The notes beneath the pieces were generated by a model, which did not search any database, had not been told where the DNA came from, and worked only from the letters and a program-made list of their open reading frames with translations. Position numbers and translations under genes: made by a program. A stretch of 64,000 nucleotides of DNA, taken from NCBI GenBank assembly GCA_022813865.1, contig JALDZX010000083.1, forward strand, positions 1 to 64,000, written 5' to 3'. How positions within the stretch are numbered: the first letter of the stretch is position 1; each line of letters opens with the position of its first letter. Below are positions 1 through 13,121 of the stretch, piece after piece. The DNA is from Xylographa opegraphella. Taxonomy: Eukaryota.

Positions 1-242
1 AGCTGGAGGTGCAAGTAATGGAAACGAGCAAGAACAAACTCGGAGCGGACCATCCTTCCACGCTAACCAGCATGAACAATCTTGCATTTACGTGTAAGGC
101 CGCTGGCAAAGGAACTGAATCTATAAAACTTATGAAGGAATGTGTGCAATTACGAAAACGGGTTTTGGGAGTTAATCATCCACATACCTTATCATCCTGC
201 ACCGCTTTAGCGAATTGGACAGCCGAGCAAGAGGATGTTTAG
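1..242 (+). CDS. 3' end of a tetratricopeptide-repeat (kinesin-light-chain-like TPR) protein, as found at the C-terminus of fungal NB-ARC/NLR-like proteins; 5' part outside window
   Basis: Repeat motifs LGADHPSTLTSMNNLA and LGVNHPHTLSS; stop TAG ends at 242. Confidence 0.8.
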   Translation, partial: LEVQVMETSKNKLGADHPSTLTSMNNLAFTCKAAGKGTESIKLMKECVQLRKRVLGVNHPHTLSSCTALANWTAEQEDV

Positions 243-334
243 ATGGATTTTTGGTGTAAAGGGCTATGTGGCTGAGATAGATCGCTAGTGTCGCAGGTGC
301 CACTTCGAAATGTGTCTAGCGGTTAAATTCTGAC

Positions 335-1390
335 ATGTGGCTAAGCGTGGAACGGCTAATGCTCATCCATACGAATGTTCTCCGAGAATGTCAAGCCAAT
401 CTAAGAGAGCTTGCCGACAGGTTCGACACTTGGTTAGAGAATACCGCAGGAGATTTTGAAAGAATAAACAATCTTATCCAAGAGGACTTGATCAAGCCCA
501 CAGCTAGCTTAGCTGATTTAATGTATAAGTCTGTAGGTATACGGGACGCAAGACATGCAGTGGAATTGTCGATCTCACTTTGGAGGTAAGTTGTTCTGGG
601 GTTATCCAAAGATCACAAGCTTTCCGCCCACATAGACCTTAACTGAACTAGATTGTCTTGGATCACATTCATATTTCTTCCCCTAACATTCTTGAGTGGA
701 TTCTTCTCCATGCAAGTCAGCGTGATCGCGGATACTCCCAATATCATGTGGTATTTCGTCGCCGCCTTACCGATGATGCTTGCAGTCTTCGCCTCGTGGT
801 ATTTTCTGAAGCAATTCCTAGATGGATCCAGGCGGAGCCCTTACGCTCGTGGTATTTATGAGGCTTTGTTCCAACATCTAGCTACCAACTATCCTCAACT
901 CTGGACTCGTACAGGGCCGCGTCGGACTATTAGATTAAGCGGTCGGTTTGAACGTATCAAGTGGTGGCTGATTCTATACTGGAGCACTCCCAAAAAGACG
1001 GCCTATTCGGGACCAGTCAATGATGACTCCCTTTTCGATGGCTTAGGGACCTGGTCCCGCTTAAAGCGCCGATTCATCCGGCAGTGGACGTCAGAAATCC
1101 ATAGCACAGGTAAGCTGCAACCCCAGGCGCTCCAAGGAACTGGCCGCGTCGCTTCCACACCCGATGGATTGGAAGCAAGTAACGTACTTGTGAATATGGC
1201 ACAAGTTTCCACAAGCCCAGAAACGGGAATCCTGCGGATACCTTTTGATTTGAACAAACGGGTATCAATCATTGCGGACAGCTCTCGGCGCTCAGGAAGT
1301 GCTGGGAGGCCGAGCACTAGCAGCAGTGGTGGTAGGAAGAGTGGTGTGATGGTGGAGGAGGAGAGGTTGGACTGGCTGGAGAACCCATGA
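335..1390 (+). CDS. C-terminal part of a fungal CorA-like Mg2+ transporter domain protein; probably 5'-truncated or pseudogenised
   Basis: Exon 335-585, intron 586-651 (GTAAGT..CTAG), exon 652-1390. Spliced ...SVGIRDARHAVELSISLWRLSWITFIFLPLTFLSGFFSMQV..WYF.. matches the CorA TM1-loop-TM2 region, but GMN reads SMQ. Confidence 0.7.
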
Positions 1391-1924
1391 GGGCTGACAA
1401 ATTGGGAATGAGCCTGTGATATACCCTGTAGCATGTATGCTATCAAACAATCGTGTATGCTATCTATTGTACGATCCCTTTCTCCTGCATTTCATGCTAC
1501 AGTCTGGGAACTCGTATCGACTTACATGGAAGGAACTCCATGATGATTTCGAGACGGTCGAGTGTATGTAATATTATTATTGAGTATCTACAGTGCTGTA
1601 GCAATTCTTCGGACAGTTTTACTACTCCCGTTTCCTCCGGTCGCCGAATAGTAGAGGTTACCTGGCCGGCTACTAAATGCCGTGCATTGATTCGTCATCC
1701 AAGCGAAAACTATGTCGGTCTTCGGGTGTGGACCCTAAGACCGAACAATCCTTCCTTCGGCAACAAACTCATGCTCCCGCCAGTTTTCGGATCCAGTTCT
1801 CAATCCTCACACTCATAGGAAGCTTTTCTCCAATCTCCGTTCTATTATCATCACTTTCGCGAATGATCTTGAAATTGTGACCAATAATTCAAGCCTTCCC
1901 ACGAACCCAACTTACCATCACAGC

Positions 1925-2931
1925 ATGTCTTCTCCCGACGAACGAGACAGAAAGAGACCAAGTAAGCATTTATGCAATAGCTTCGTTCTCCTCTTGCCTC
2001 CCGACGAATTCCACAATCCGTATGCCTCGCACTACTTCACGAATATTCTTTGTGCTGTCACATCAGAATGCCATCGTTTCGAAAATGGCCATAGCTCTAA
2101 AATACTCCGAAGCACGCTAACAACTCATTCCCATGCGAAGGGACTTCTCAATCGTGCCCACCTCCAAAGCTACCTCAACTAGTTGCTGAACAGCATGTTC
2201 CAATTGCGTCGACCGACAAGGATACTCAACGCCTTATAGTGGTACTTTCAAATGCTAGTCTCGAGACATACAGGGCGTCACACGGTGGGAGGGGTGGCTC
2301 GATAAAGGATGAGAAGTTTTCTCTTCTCAACAGTGATGAGCACATCGGTATCATGAGGAAGATGAATCGAGATATCAGTGATGCCCGACCAGATATCACA
2401 CACCAGGTTTGCAATTAGGAATTTGGCATTCCACGACCTCTGACTTTGGTTTAGTGTCTCCTTACTCTTCTGGATTCTCCTGTGAACAAGGCTGGAAGGC
2501 TCCAAATTTATATCTCCACTGCTAAAGGCATGCTTATTGAAGTCAGTCCAACAGTCAGAATACCACGGACCTTTAAACGGTTCGCTGGTCTCATGGTTCA
2601 GCTGTTACACCGACTATCCATTCGGTCGACCAATTCCCAGGAGAAGCTGCTCAAAGTCATCAAAAATCCCATTACAGATCATCTCCCGCCTAACTGCCGC
2701 AAAGTTACCCTGAGCTTCGACGCCGAGGTAGTCAGGGTTCGAGATTATATAGCGGATTTAGGACCCAAGGAGAGCATTTGTGTGTTCGTGGGTGCTATGG
2801 CAAAAGGTAATGATGACTTTGCAGACTCCTTCAAGGACGATTCGATCAGCATCAGTAACTACAGTTTGAGCGCCAGCGTCGCTTGCAGTAAATTCTGTCA
2901 TGCGGCGGAGGATGTCTGGGACATCATCTAG
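1925..2931 (+). CDS. EMG1: 18S rRNA pseudouridine N1-methyltransferase Emg1/Nep1
   Basis: Exons 1925-1961, 2141-2406, 2455-2931; motifs [48 protein letters not shown]. Confidence 0.96.
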
Positions 2932-3967
2932 GACCTAACCGAACCCATGCCTTCAAACAGCCGTTGGGCCAAAGATGGACTGAGTTTTAGAGACAAGGAT
3001 GTAAGTGGAGAGCATGTGACAGCTGAGATACCAACATCAAAGCTCCCTCACATGTGTCTCCACGAATCGCGTTGAGAACATTGTGGCCTCGTTTTCTTTG
3101 CAACAAGAATCAAAGGTTCAACAGACTCAAGGCGCTTCTCGTCTTCGATGGAGCACTTCAACTTGCTCCATCATCTCTTATATCTCTTTCCAACTTATTC
3201 CTTGCTAATCAAACCAAGGTAAAGTAGGCTGTTTCTCTGGACCTGTCTAATGGATTTTCCGGATCGATGCACCTTGCACTTTGACCGAGGACGGCTTTCT
3301 TAAATCAGTGTATTGTATATCTCTAGCTAGTGCAAACAGGCAAAAGCGCTTCCAATACCAACGCACTACGAGAGTACTTGTGGACGATAGCTCTAGTTAC
3401 CCCAAATTTTGCGAATTCAGATCTATCTACGTGTATTCGTAACATTAGTTGTGCGATATCCGCTATCAGCAACGGTACTGTTCCTACAAGAACATGCGAT
3501 AATACAGACACATTGAAAGATTTTGCCCGATTCCTATTGACGCATGTTTGTGGCTTTCCTTCTCGATGCTGATTATTTGCGAGGCCCGGATGAAGCACCC
3601 AACCACAAACCGTTCTGTGTGCTTAGTTGCTTTAGCTGCAGATGGTCGTACGTGGCGCACCTTTCCCGACCATCCACACTCCCCCATGTTTTAGGCTTCA
3701 CGTTATCGTTGTGCCGTCACAGATATAATTCGCCCAGCTCAGTAGCGTTGCGCCCTGATGAAGAGTCAGGTACCAGTCTGGCTCGGATGGGTCGCCTCGC
3801 TTTCACGAGTACATCTGATTGGACTTACAAGTCAATGCTCATCATCGGATCTGGTATAACAGCTCAAAATCTGCTGATCTCTTTAATCACTTGTGCGACT
3901 TCGGATTTCCTTTCCCTTCATCTCAACCTTCTATACCGACCCAGTGATCTGGTTATTCTGATCAGAA

Positions 3968-5439
3968 ATGCCCGTTTCCCATATCAGCTTAACAGTCTCT
4001 CATCTTCCATCATCCTGTACTTTCTTCCTTGCTGCACTGTCGCCCTTGGGCTATCGATATATAGGTCAGGAGGATAACAAAATCGGCTTTGGTCTCGAAC
4101 AAGCTGATTTCTTCATATGTCAACAATCTCCAGGGTAATTCTTTGTTCCCGGATGAAAGACTTCATACTAATTTTGCTACTCGTCAGAACACCGCCTGGC
4201 CCAGCACATGTAGCTTTCTCCGCGCCGTCTCATAATGCCGTGGACTCTTTTTTCCACTCGGCTTTAAGGGCGGGAGGTGAGATGTTTGGTGAGCCAAAGG
4301 TTCGCGAATCAAAAACAGGATATTATTCTGCAGGAGTGCTTGACTTGGACCGTAACTCAATTGAAGTGGTGTATCGGCCAATGGATGGCCTTGAAGAAGA
4401 CATGGCTCTCACCAGAATCTCTGAACATCCAACTGAGAATCGTATGATGGCCCGCTCCGAAGGGTATCCTCGTAGCACTGTCAGTCAAAGCTTGTCAACG
4501 CCACGATCTCCTCTTAGGACGATAGTCAACAATCTCTCCGCACCTGTACGCGTTGTTCAACAGGAACAAGTTCCTAATAACGACTCAGTCTCAAAAACTC
4601 TCATTGGGACTCTTATTGGTGCGGCTGCTGGGGCTGTCATTGCATACGCTATATCGAAAACCGAGCCGGAGCCTGCTTCTCGTGCACCTCTGGAGCGGGA
4701 AAGCGAAGTTGTCTACCGAGCAATAGATGCACCATCGTCAGCCTATAGAGCTGAAAGATCCCCTCGAAGCTACTATCCGTCGAGCCCGCCTTCGAACGCC
4801 CCTTCGTACCGCTCTCAACAGAGTCATCCGCCCGCTCCATACCAACGTACTGTCGAGGCGGCCCATTCTTCAAGCTCGCTCGGCACTGCCGTCAAATCAT
4901 CGAGGGAGATCGTCCAGTATCTGAGTCCACCATCTCAATCTCCTCGTTCGACTTTCGCACGAAGTCAATCCGACTACCTCAGTCCAAATCGAATTCCTTT
5001 ACCTCGTTCACCTAGTGTACAATCGGTCGCATCCTCTGGTGCAAGAACAATCACCCAAGCGGATTTCCCACCGGCATCACCCGGACATAGATCTCGGAAG
5101 ACCTCAGTGGCCTCTCACCACGAGGATGGTAGGCGGCCCTCTACCCGCGGTAGCCGACACAGCAGCTATCACGAGACACCCACACCACCATCCGGACCCA
5201 TAGTGAAGGAAATTGAGAGCATTGATCTTGATGGCTCCGTCACGCCGAGTGACAGTATCAGCCAAGCAGGATCGACCAAATCGCGTCGCAGGCACAAAAG
5301 TCGCCACAGTGGGCGAAGCCGCAGTCAACAACGCGAAGGCGGGAAGAGAAGTGTTGTAAGTTTGCCGGCTAGAGATATTGGAGAGGAGAGAAAAGGTTTG
5401 GGTCGGAGGAGTGTGATTACTCAGATCCTGGGTCGCTAA
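3968..5439 (+). CDS. Glyoxalase/bleomycin-resistance (VOC) domain protein with long Ser/Pro/Arg-rich C-terminus
   Basis: Exon 3968-4134 (MPVSHISLTVSHLPSSCTFFLAALSPLGY..IGFG), intron 4135-4187, exon 4188-5439 (HVAFSAPS..VDSFF..YYSAGVLDLDRNSIEVV). Confidence 0.85.
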
Positions 5440-5927
5440 GGGCTCGGTGAGCTTGGCCCAGGAAATGAGATACCACAAGAGGTTGCGGTGTCTATCAGAG
5501 ACAAGGATATTTCATATACGACAGAGCTTTGACATACAGTCGGAATAATTACAGATCCACGGAAGAGCTATCAGAGCTTGGGGGATAATTTGGCAATATA
5601 CAAGGAATTTCATGGGATACACGAAGGGCTTGTGATAGAGCTTGAGAATAGCCAAGGCTTGTCCGCTATAATACAATGTAGCAAACATACGCATGGTACT
5701 GAAAGTTTCCTTTTCTCGTCTCAAAGAAATGTGGAACGTACCGAGATGGTTTTCCTTTGCCGCCTCTGAATTATCAAGCAGAACAATCAAGAGAGTTGAT
5801 ACTTCGTAAGAAACCACTAAAATTAGAGTTCCAAGGGCTTGCAGTAGGCGGCTCGGAACTAATTAAGAATGACGATCATTCGGGCCGAGCCCGTGTAGCG
5901 CTTTATGAGGAGCTTCGGATCAGAGCA

Positions 5928-7511
5928 ATGCAGAAGTCCAAGAGTATGCACGTTTCAAATGGTAGAGCAATCGCCGATGTCGCAGGCTCGATAATCAACA
6001 GCGATCACTTCAATGTTACCACTCTGAACTATTTCAACTACACCTTCTACGAATTCAACAGCACCATCTCCAACGCTTCCGCTTGTTACCTCGTGCTTCC
6101 AAACCTTCATCCCACTGTCCTCTCCAATGGTACTTGGGTCAACGGCACATCATGCTACGATCCATATTATGGGATTGGGTTAAGAGGTAGTCTAGGAATA
6201 CTGTTCGCATGTCTCTTCGCAGCGTCCATCACCCTCACTTTGGCAAACCTGGGGAAACATGGACGACTGTTCCTGCAGCAAGAGAAGCGCTTCGGCGCAA
6301 TCGGGAGGCGGTGGCAGTGGTATTGGATGTGCTTCGTTGCAGCTTGTGGAATCATCGGGGGAGCCTCGGCCGTCGACGTGGACCGTGACTATCTTCAGGG
6401 TCTTGCAATCATCCTGCAGAGCTTCTTCTTCTACCTCATGATCCCGGGGCTGTTGGGTGTGGTCTGGGAAGAGGTCAGACATTGGTATACTTAAACACGT
6501 CTATAAAATTGAGCATGACTGAGACGTCTAGGGGCTCGTGGCAGGAAAGACAAGCGTATGACCAGGATCCGTTTTCGTTGCCTCAAAACGACAAACGCAG
6601 CAGGAAGGAATTCTTTATGCCCCTGATATTCTATCTCTTTGCATGGCTGGTATGCTACATCTTGTGTAATTGCTTGTTGACTTTCTAAAGGTGCCTGCCA
6701 GAATTTCTTTCTAAACATCCCCAGGAATTGGGGAGGTTTTGATGCTCAAAGCTCAGCTGAAGAGATAGATATTACGGCAAGGCCTTTGGCTACAGACGTA
6801 CGATTTAAGATGGGTGCCATCTCCGCTCTTGCTGCTTGGTGTATTATCTGTTGGGCTCTACAGCATGCAATTCACTACTACAAGCCCAGGAATAGAGGGG
6901 CCTTTAAAAGTTCCGTCGGCCTCATACGTCAAACGCCTATTAGATTTCTTCTGACGATACCATTATTGCTTATTGTTATTGGATATACCTTATCAGCCTC
7001 GTTCTTATGGGAACTTCATCCCGGTAACATTGCCGCCAGTGTGGGCTGGCTGTACGGTCTCGGCTACAGTCCTACCTTTCTGATCCTCATCATCAACGAA
7101 GTCGATGGATTCATGCGTCGCAACGAGGACCGCGAGCTCATCGATCAGAGAATGTCCCGTGGCCTGGCGATCGATGCGGAGATCGGCTTTCCTCGGGCCC
7201 GTAAACCGTGGTGGTGGCAGAAAGCGGAAGACCGGTTCCTTACTCCCGAACAGCGGTTGAAGGCCCTCACTACCGAGATAGGCGGGGGACCGGCGACATC
7301 GCGAAATATCCAGAGAAATGTTGAGCTTGGAATACTGCCTGTCAGGCGCCCAGAAGACGATGAGGAGCCTTTCCGAGATCAGGAGGCGAGATCAGGAACT
7401 GCTTTCGCGATCGGGGATAGCGACTCGGACTCGGGGCAGTCCGTGAGCCAGAGAACGACGAGTACGACGGCAAGCCGACCGCAGCAGGTGAAGAGTATGC
7501 TTGATGTTTGA
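5928..7511 (+). CDS. Fungal multi-pass membrane protein, DUF2434-like
   Basis: N-glycosylation-rich N-terminus (NGTWVNGTSCY), GRRWQWYW and VDVDRDYL motifs; two short introns near 6485-6531 and 6650-6690; start uncertain (ATG 5928 or 5946). Confidence 0.8.
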
Positions 7512-8184
7512 GACGATGACTTGTGATTTTACGTGGCTGGCTTACAGCAGCATCCGGATGGGTGGGTGGCATCGTCCGGACTGACAACTGTGCAGGATAG
7601 TAGGTATGGCGTTGACATCAGATACCCCTAGGCCAATTTGGCTCATTCCACATTTACAGCAAAACGAAATAAATTCATTTGCCTATTCACCATCAAGATG
7701 CCCTTCGAAACGGGGCGGATACCTCGTCTAGGAGGGTCTCCATGCTTCAACTTATACAATCACTGGAAAAATCAACTGGCCTCCCCTCTTCTCCTCGAAA
7801 TTACCTCGTCCTTGTCCCTTCCGTCTCGTTTCCCCTCTGCCACCGTTTGTACTTTTCGGAACCTCGTCGTTATCCTTTCCCGGACGTCTCCTGCGCTCAC
7901 CCGCTGCCGAGCCCGCACCGCGGATGATGTCACCGGCCAGCAGCCAGCGTACACACGATCTCTCCCTTGCAAACAACTCCACTGGAGCGTCCCCGCTCCC
8001 TGGCGTCTATTCGAGATCCCAGTTCCCAGAAGCAAGGTGGAGGCGTATGGGGGACTCCTGCAACCAGCAATCCGATCTTCTCCCGCCGCCTTCCCTCTTT
8101 TCCGTGACCGACTTGGACCAACCATCTCCTTCCTTCCGACCCGCCTTTTCCCCGCCTCGAAAACACACAAGCACTTCCCTCACT

Positions 8185-8985
8185 CTACGAGCCATCGACC
8201 TTCGCCCCCAACCCCACCATCACAACCCGATCCTCCCCACCCCTCACCCCCACCCCATTCCGCCCCCGCCTCCCATTCGTCCCATGCAGCCAATCCAACC
8301 ACCCCAGCCCCCCATACCAGACGGAGAACTGCTCATGATGCTCATCATGCATGCTCGCCCAGCCCAAAAAGTCATACCCGCTATGCACGGTACTCGTCTC
8401 GAGCAGCTCGAGCGCCACAAAGGCCCAGAAAGTCAGCACGTGGCAGCGCAGCAGCATGGCGGGAGGCTGACGGGCAGCGTGTTGCGAGGAGGTGCTCGAG
8501 CGGGTGCGCGTACTGCGCCGCCAGCGTGACCGGGGCCGTGAAGCGGTGGTGGGCCTTGTGCACGCGCGCGTACAGGCGCGGCGTGTGTAGGAGGCGGTGG
8601 GCGTAGTAGAAGAGGATTTCGCGCAGGAGCACGCAGGCGACGATGTCGGCGAGGATGCGGGAGGGGGGCGGGATGGTGGGGGAGAAGCTGTAGGCGGGCG
8701 GGCGGCTGAGGCGGTAGTTGAGGCAGAGCAGGGAGAGGTGGACGATCGCGCTAAGGAGCTGGTTGCGCACGACGACGCGCAGGCAGGCGCGGAGGTCGGA
8801 GGCTGTGGGGCTTTGCTCGCTGGTTGGAGTCTGTGGGTGAGGGAGAAGGCGGGGCAGAGGGTGGGGAGGGAGTGGTAGAGGTGGGAGGGCAGCCAGAAGA
8901 AGAGGAGCTGCACGAGGAGCGTGCCCCAGAATTCGAGCACTGAGGGAGAGTAGGTGGAACAGAGGCGTGGCCAGAGAGCATTCAT
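8185..8985 (-). CDS. Fatty-acid hydroxylase/sterol desaturase family protein, interrupted by three single-base deletions (sequence error or young pseudogene)
   Basis: His boxes HRLLH and HKAHH plus FTAPVTLAAQYAHPLEH lie in one frame; N-terminus, HSGYDF and HDEHH lie in another; NTLPVSL lies in the third. Confidence 0.85.
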   Translation of the reverse strand: MNALWPRLCSTYSPSVLEFWGTLLVQLLFFWLPSHLYHSLPTLCPAFSLTHRLQPASKAPQPPTSAPACASSCATSSLARSSTSPCSASTTASAARPPTASPPPSRPPPASSPTSSPACSCAKSSSTTPTASYTRRACTRACTRPTTASRPRSRWRRSTRTRSSTSSQHAARQPPAMLLRCHVLTFWAFVALELLETSTVHSGYDFLGWASMHDEHHEQFSVWYGGLGWLDWLHGTNGRRGRNGVGVRGGEDRVVMVGLGAKVDGS

Positions 8986-9656
8986 TGTGGTTTGCTGCTT
9001 TGAGGCGCAACCCCGGAGGGAAAGAGATGATATTGTGATCGATCGAGTTAGCTTGTTTACCCCGCAATCGACCTCGGCCTGGGCCGGGGATGATATCTAT
9101 CGGGTGCGTACTGGGCGAAGCAGACGTTGCGAATAGTTATCATGTCTGCCAAAAGTATTGACCTTGCAGACATGCGAGTAGAATAGCAGAAATTCGTGAC
9201 AGATAAGGGGTTATGGGGAGCCTGCTAACCGAATCCGAGCAGTGCTTCAGTATGCTAGTTAAAGTAGCGTTGCTAAAGCAGAATGATAACAAACTTTGAA
9301 AAAGTGTAGATTGCAGGATCGAAATAGATATGATCAGGAGTCAGACAGCCAGATCTGAATCGGATATTGATGTTTATGGTGGAATTTCCTAGCCAACCAG
9401 CCGTTCGCAATTGCGACTGTACACTCTTAGGCACCATGTCTTCGCTTGAATGACCCTCTGCTTTCATGAAATGCGTGATATATGTTGTCTCGCGCACCGC
9501 CCATGTCTTTTGTCTAAAACCTTAAGCGTGACTGTGATTAATCATCAAAAATATTGTCTTTTTGCGCAGTCCACCGAAGTGGAGAAAAGAGCACTTCCCC
9601 TTCTCTCTATTCTCTTTCCATATTGCTCTATTTGTACTTCCTTTCACCTTCGCCGT

Positions 9657-11619
9657 CTACTCGGAACCCCTTTGAGATTTAGGCTTCCCTTCGGCCTTCG
9701 CCGGCAGCCATCTCAGAAGAGGGAGAAGTGCCATAGCCAGTATGATCTGCACAAGCCATATAAGGTACCCGTCCAGAATCTGCGTCCTTGCTCCAAAGGC
9801 AAAAAGACTTGCAAAAGCTGCCGGTGCTACAGCTCTGATACCACTGATTAGTGTGAGGGCCAGCGCATTGAGCGTCCCGAGCGTCGTTGGCGAAGGCGAG
9901 ACATCGTTGAGCGCGAGTTGTATCGCCGCTGTGAGACATCGTTAATAAGTTGTCACTTTTTCAAATTTACAAAGTTGGGTTGTGGATGGCTTACTGAACG
10001 CCATAGATATGCCACTCCCCAACGCTATAGAAATCGGTCCGACAACCCAGAAAGTTAGTTTCCAATCTTGTCGGAGGAACAAGTTACCCAGAGCGGCCAC
10101 GAAAAATAGGATGGGCCACGCCACAGCGCAGCCGCGCAAGACGCCGCCGGTGCCAAATCTTGCTTGCAGGGGCGGGAATGCAATCAGTATCCATACTGCT
10201 TGGGAAAAACCTGCAAGAGCCATGAAAAGCGAAATCTGAAGCGGGGAAAACCCATAGCCTCCTAGAGAGACAGCGGTGAAATAGAAAACAGGACACACTA
10301 GAACAGTAGAGCAATAAGTTAGTTGCCTTCGCTTAATGAGAAAGGTAATATAGGACGGGGCTCTTCTACGGACCGGCAGTATAAGCGAAAGCAAGAAGCA
10401 TGATATGACCGTACAACAATAATACCACGGAGACTCCAGGAGATCTGATGAGCTCCGGTGTCGACATTGGCGGGTCACTCGAGAATCGGTCGAGAGTCTT
10501 GGGGTCAAGTGTCTGCATCGTCACTCAGCCATTGTCCAACGGATCGAGTCCATCCATTTGGATGTGAAAGCAGACCTCTTTCAGAAAGAGCCAGCAAATG
10601 ATAGCCGCACTTGCACTGATCAGACCGACAAAAATGGTCGGTACGGCGTATGGAAACTCCTCAAAAAAGTATATTCCTCCAAAGACGTGCGGATACTGCT
10701 CAGCTGGATTCGCCAAAGCACCACCTGGAGGTGTTAGATATCATGTTGACTCGGACGCCAATCGCAGTAAATATGAGTTAGACATACCCAGCAAAGGGCC
10801 CAGAAAAATACCAAGGTTACCCGTGAAAGCAAAGAAGCTAAAGGCCCTTGCTTGGGTCCTCTGCGTAGAGTTCTCTGTGATCATACTTCGTATGCACCTA
10901 AGAAATACACACGTGAGTTATGATAATGGGTTGCAAAGATAGACGACGTACACAACAGAACCGGCGAAGACGCCGGCAAGGCACCTAAACAAGATCAATT
11001 GCCATATAGTCTTGCTAAAACCGAACAGCGCTGTCGCAATGGCAATGCCACCTAACGAAAACACCAGGACTGGCTTTCTTCCAAACCGATCCGCAGCATG
11101 GCCCCACGATATCATGAGCAGCATCTGAGTCAACGAGAAAAGAGATTCCTGTACATTGTGATCGCTGTCAGCCGGCGAGTTCTTATTCGCACAGCAATAA
11201 CGTGGTTCGATTGACTCACTATCAATCCGCTGTAGAATCCTACGTCCGCTTCATTCAGCCCGCCGGTCTCCCTGGCCAAAGTTAGAACAGTCGCCAGTAC
11301 AACAACTTCTGACAGAGCTTAATCGTGAGAAAAGCAACACACACCAGATCATTTTGTTTATGAATGGAAAGATCGAGAAAAAAGCAATCGGCTCCACGAG
11401 GCGAGCGTAGCACAACAGAATGATCTGCCCAGTCGGCAAGGGTTTGTCGTCGTCGTCGTCATCCTCTCGGCTTGCTCCATCAGACTGTGTCTCTCTGGGG
11501 AGGGATGCTTCGTCAGGCGCAGTGCTTGCGTCAGCCTTCGAGGTAGACAGGAGGGCGGTAGTTTCGTCCACGTCCGTTGCAGATTGGCTTCCTACTGTTG
11601 ACGGCGGCGAGGATACCAT
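9657..11619 (-). CDS. Major facilitator superfamily transporter, multi-exon
   Basis: Motif A WGHAADRFGRKPVL, RCLAGVFAG, LCYARLVEPIAFFSIFPFI; last exon IQLALNDVSPSPTTLGTLNALAL..RGSE* ends at 9657. Confidence 0.92.
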
Positions 11620-12199
11620 TTTTAGTCTTGAATTGCGGTTTAACAGTCCTCAGGTGAGAACAGCAAATATCTAGAGATCTGATGTCCCTTCCAGAAATCT
11701 TGGGGCTAACGGACTTGGTTCTAGGCAGCGACAGAACATGCAAGATCTCGTACACAATATCTCATGCTGGATGCAGTCCCTCGTTCCTTCAGCGCACTCG
11801 ACTGGCTATGTTTCATCAAGGAACTATGATATTGACACGAAAAATCCGTGACCATAACGTGGGGAATAGCACAACAATTGTTTCGGGGTCGATGGATTTC
11901 GAAGGATGCCGATCAATCGTAATTAAGTTAAGGATAATCTGCTTATCTTAAAAACGATTCTACCACAGTAACGCATCTACCTACGGTTTGACCCCATCGA
12001 CTCACCAGCACGACCCGCCGACGATCTGAGCGTTGATAGGAGCGAGCTGCTCCTCTGGGTTAGGCCGGCGGGCCTCATGGGTGACGTACGAAGTCCGCAC
12101 TAGTAATCGGCCACTAAAAGCCCCGCCCCGCCTCTTGTGGCAGCGGGAAGGGCTTATCATCAGCACAGACCTTCCCACCTCTCATCCACATCCCACCGC

Positions 12200-13121
12200 A
12201 TGGACCCCTCCCCCAACACCACCCTTAACGACGAGCTCCTCGCCATCGACGCCATCCATCCCTCCGCCCTGACCCGCCTCTCAAGGACCCCAGACATCTG
12301 CACTCTCCGCCTCCCCGCCCACCCCTCAATCTCCGTCCGCCTCTCTTTCCCTCCATCGTACCCCGATAGCCCACCTTCCGTCCTCGGCCCGGAGACCTCT
12401 GGCGGCAAAGGCACCCGAAAGGGTGAAGGCACAAGGATCGCTACGCTCGTAGAAGAAACTTTGGCTAGAGTGTACCAGCCCGGCGAGCCCTGCGTCTTTG
12501 CGCTCATTGACGATATTGCGGAAACCGTTGCGCGGGAGGGTGGAGAGAGTGACGGCACAGTCGGTACGGACGCCGAGTCGGTCGAGTTCGCGCCTGGAGC
12601 GTTATCTGCAACGGCGATTCCGGGGTCTACTGCCATAGGACACAGCTCGAAGAAACGGGAGGAAGGAGGCCAGGAGATGTACCACGCCCTCGTCCGAACG
12701 CATCACATCACTTCCCGTAAGAAGGTCGCGAAGCTGAAACAGGCGGCGGATGCCCTCGGCGTTTATGTATTGCTTCGAAGTGGAGGCTCGCCCGGGTTGA
12801 TGTACGTCGCAGGACGGGAGGAACCGGTTAAGGAGTGGGTGGGTGTTGTGCAAGTAGGTTGCAAATTTCAGCCCCGTTGAAGAGTTGGGAAGGGAATTCT
12901 GCAGAGGAAGCTAATGATTTGGGGCGGGGCTACAGAGACTGAGGTACAAGGATTACCAACTTGCCGCTCGACCGGCGGGGATTGAAAGGACGGAAAGCGG
13001 GAAGGCTGAAACGGAGAGAGCAGGCCTGCATGAAGTGGCAGCGGTAAAAGACTTCGGAGTGAAAATGGATGAGAAAGGCATATTAGGGTGGTGGAGACGG
13101 GCAATGGGATATACTAACTAG
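12200..13121 (+). CDS. RWD-domain protein with DUF1115-like C-terminal domain
   Basis: DELLAIDAIHP..FPPSYP (RWD), HHITSRKK..GGSPGLMYVAG; intron ~12854-12935, then RLRYKDYQL..WWRRAMGYTN*. Confidence 0.8.

Noticed and set aside
1962..2140. Long first intron of EMG1 as a snoRNA host
   Set aside because: No box C (TGATGA)/box D (CTGA) pair or clear H/ACA layout is visible.
7638..8606. 322-aa and 201-aa plus-strand ORFs
   Set aside because: Antisense shadows of the GC-rich desaturase gene with low-complexity translations.
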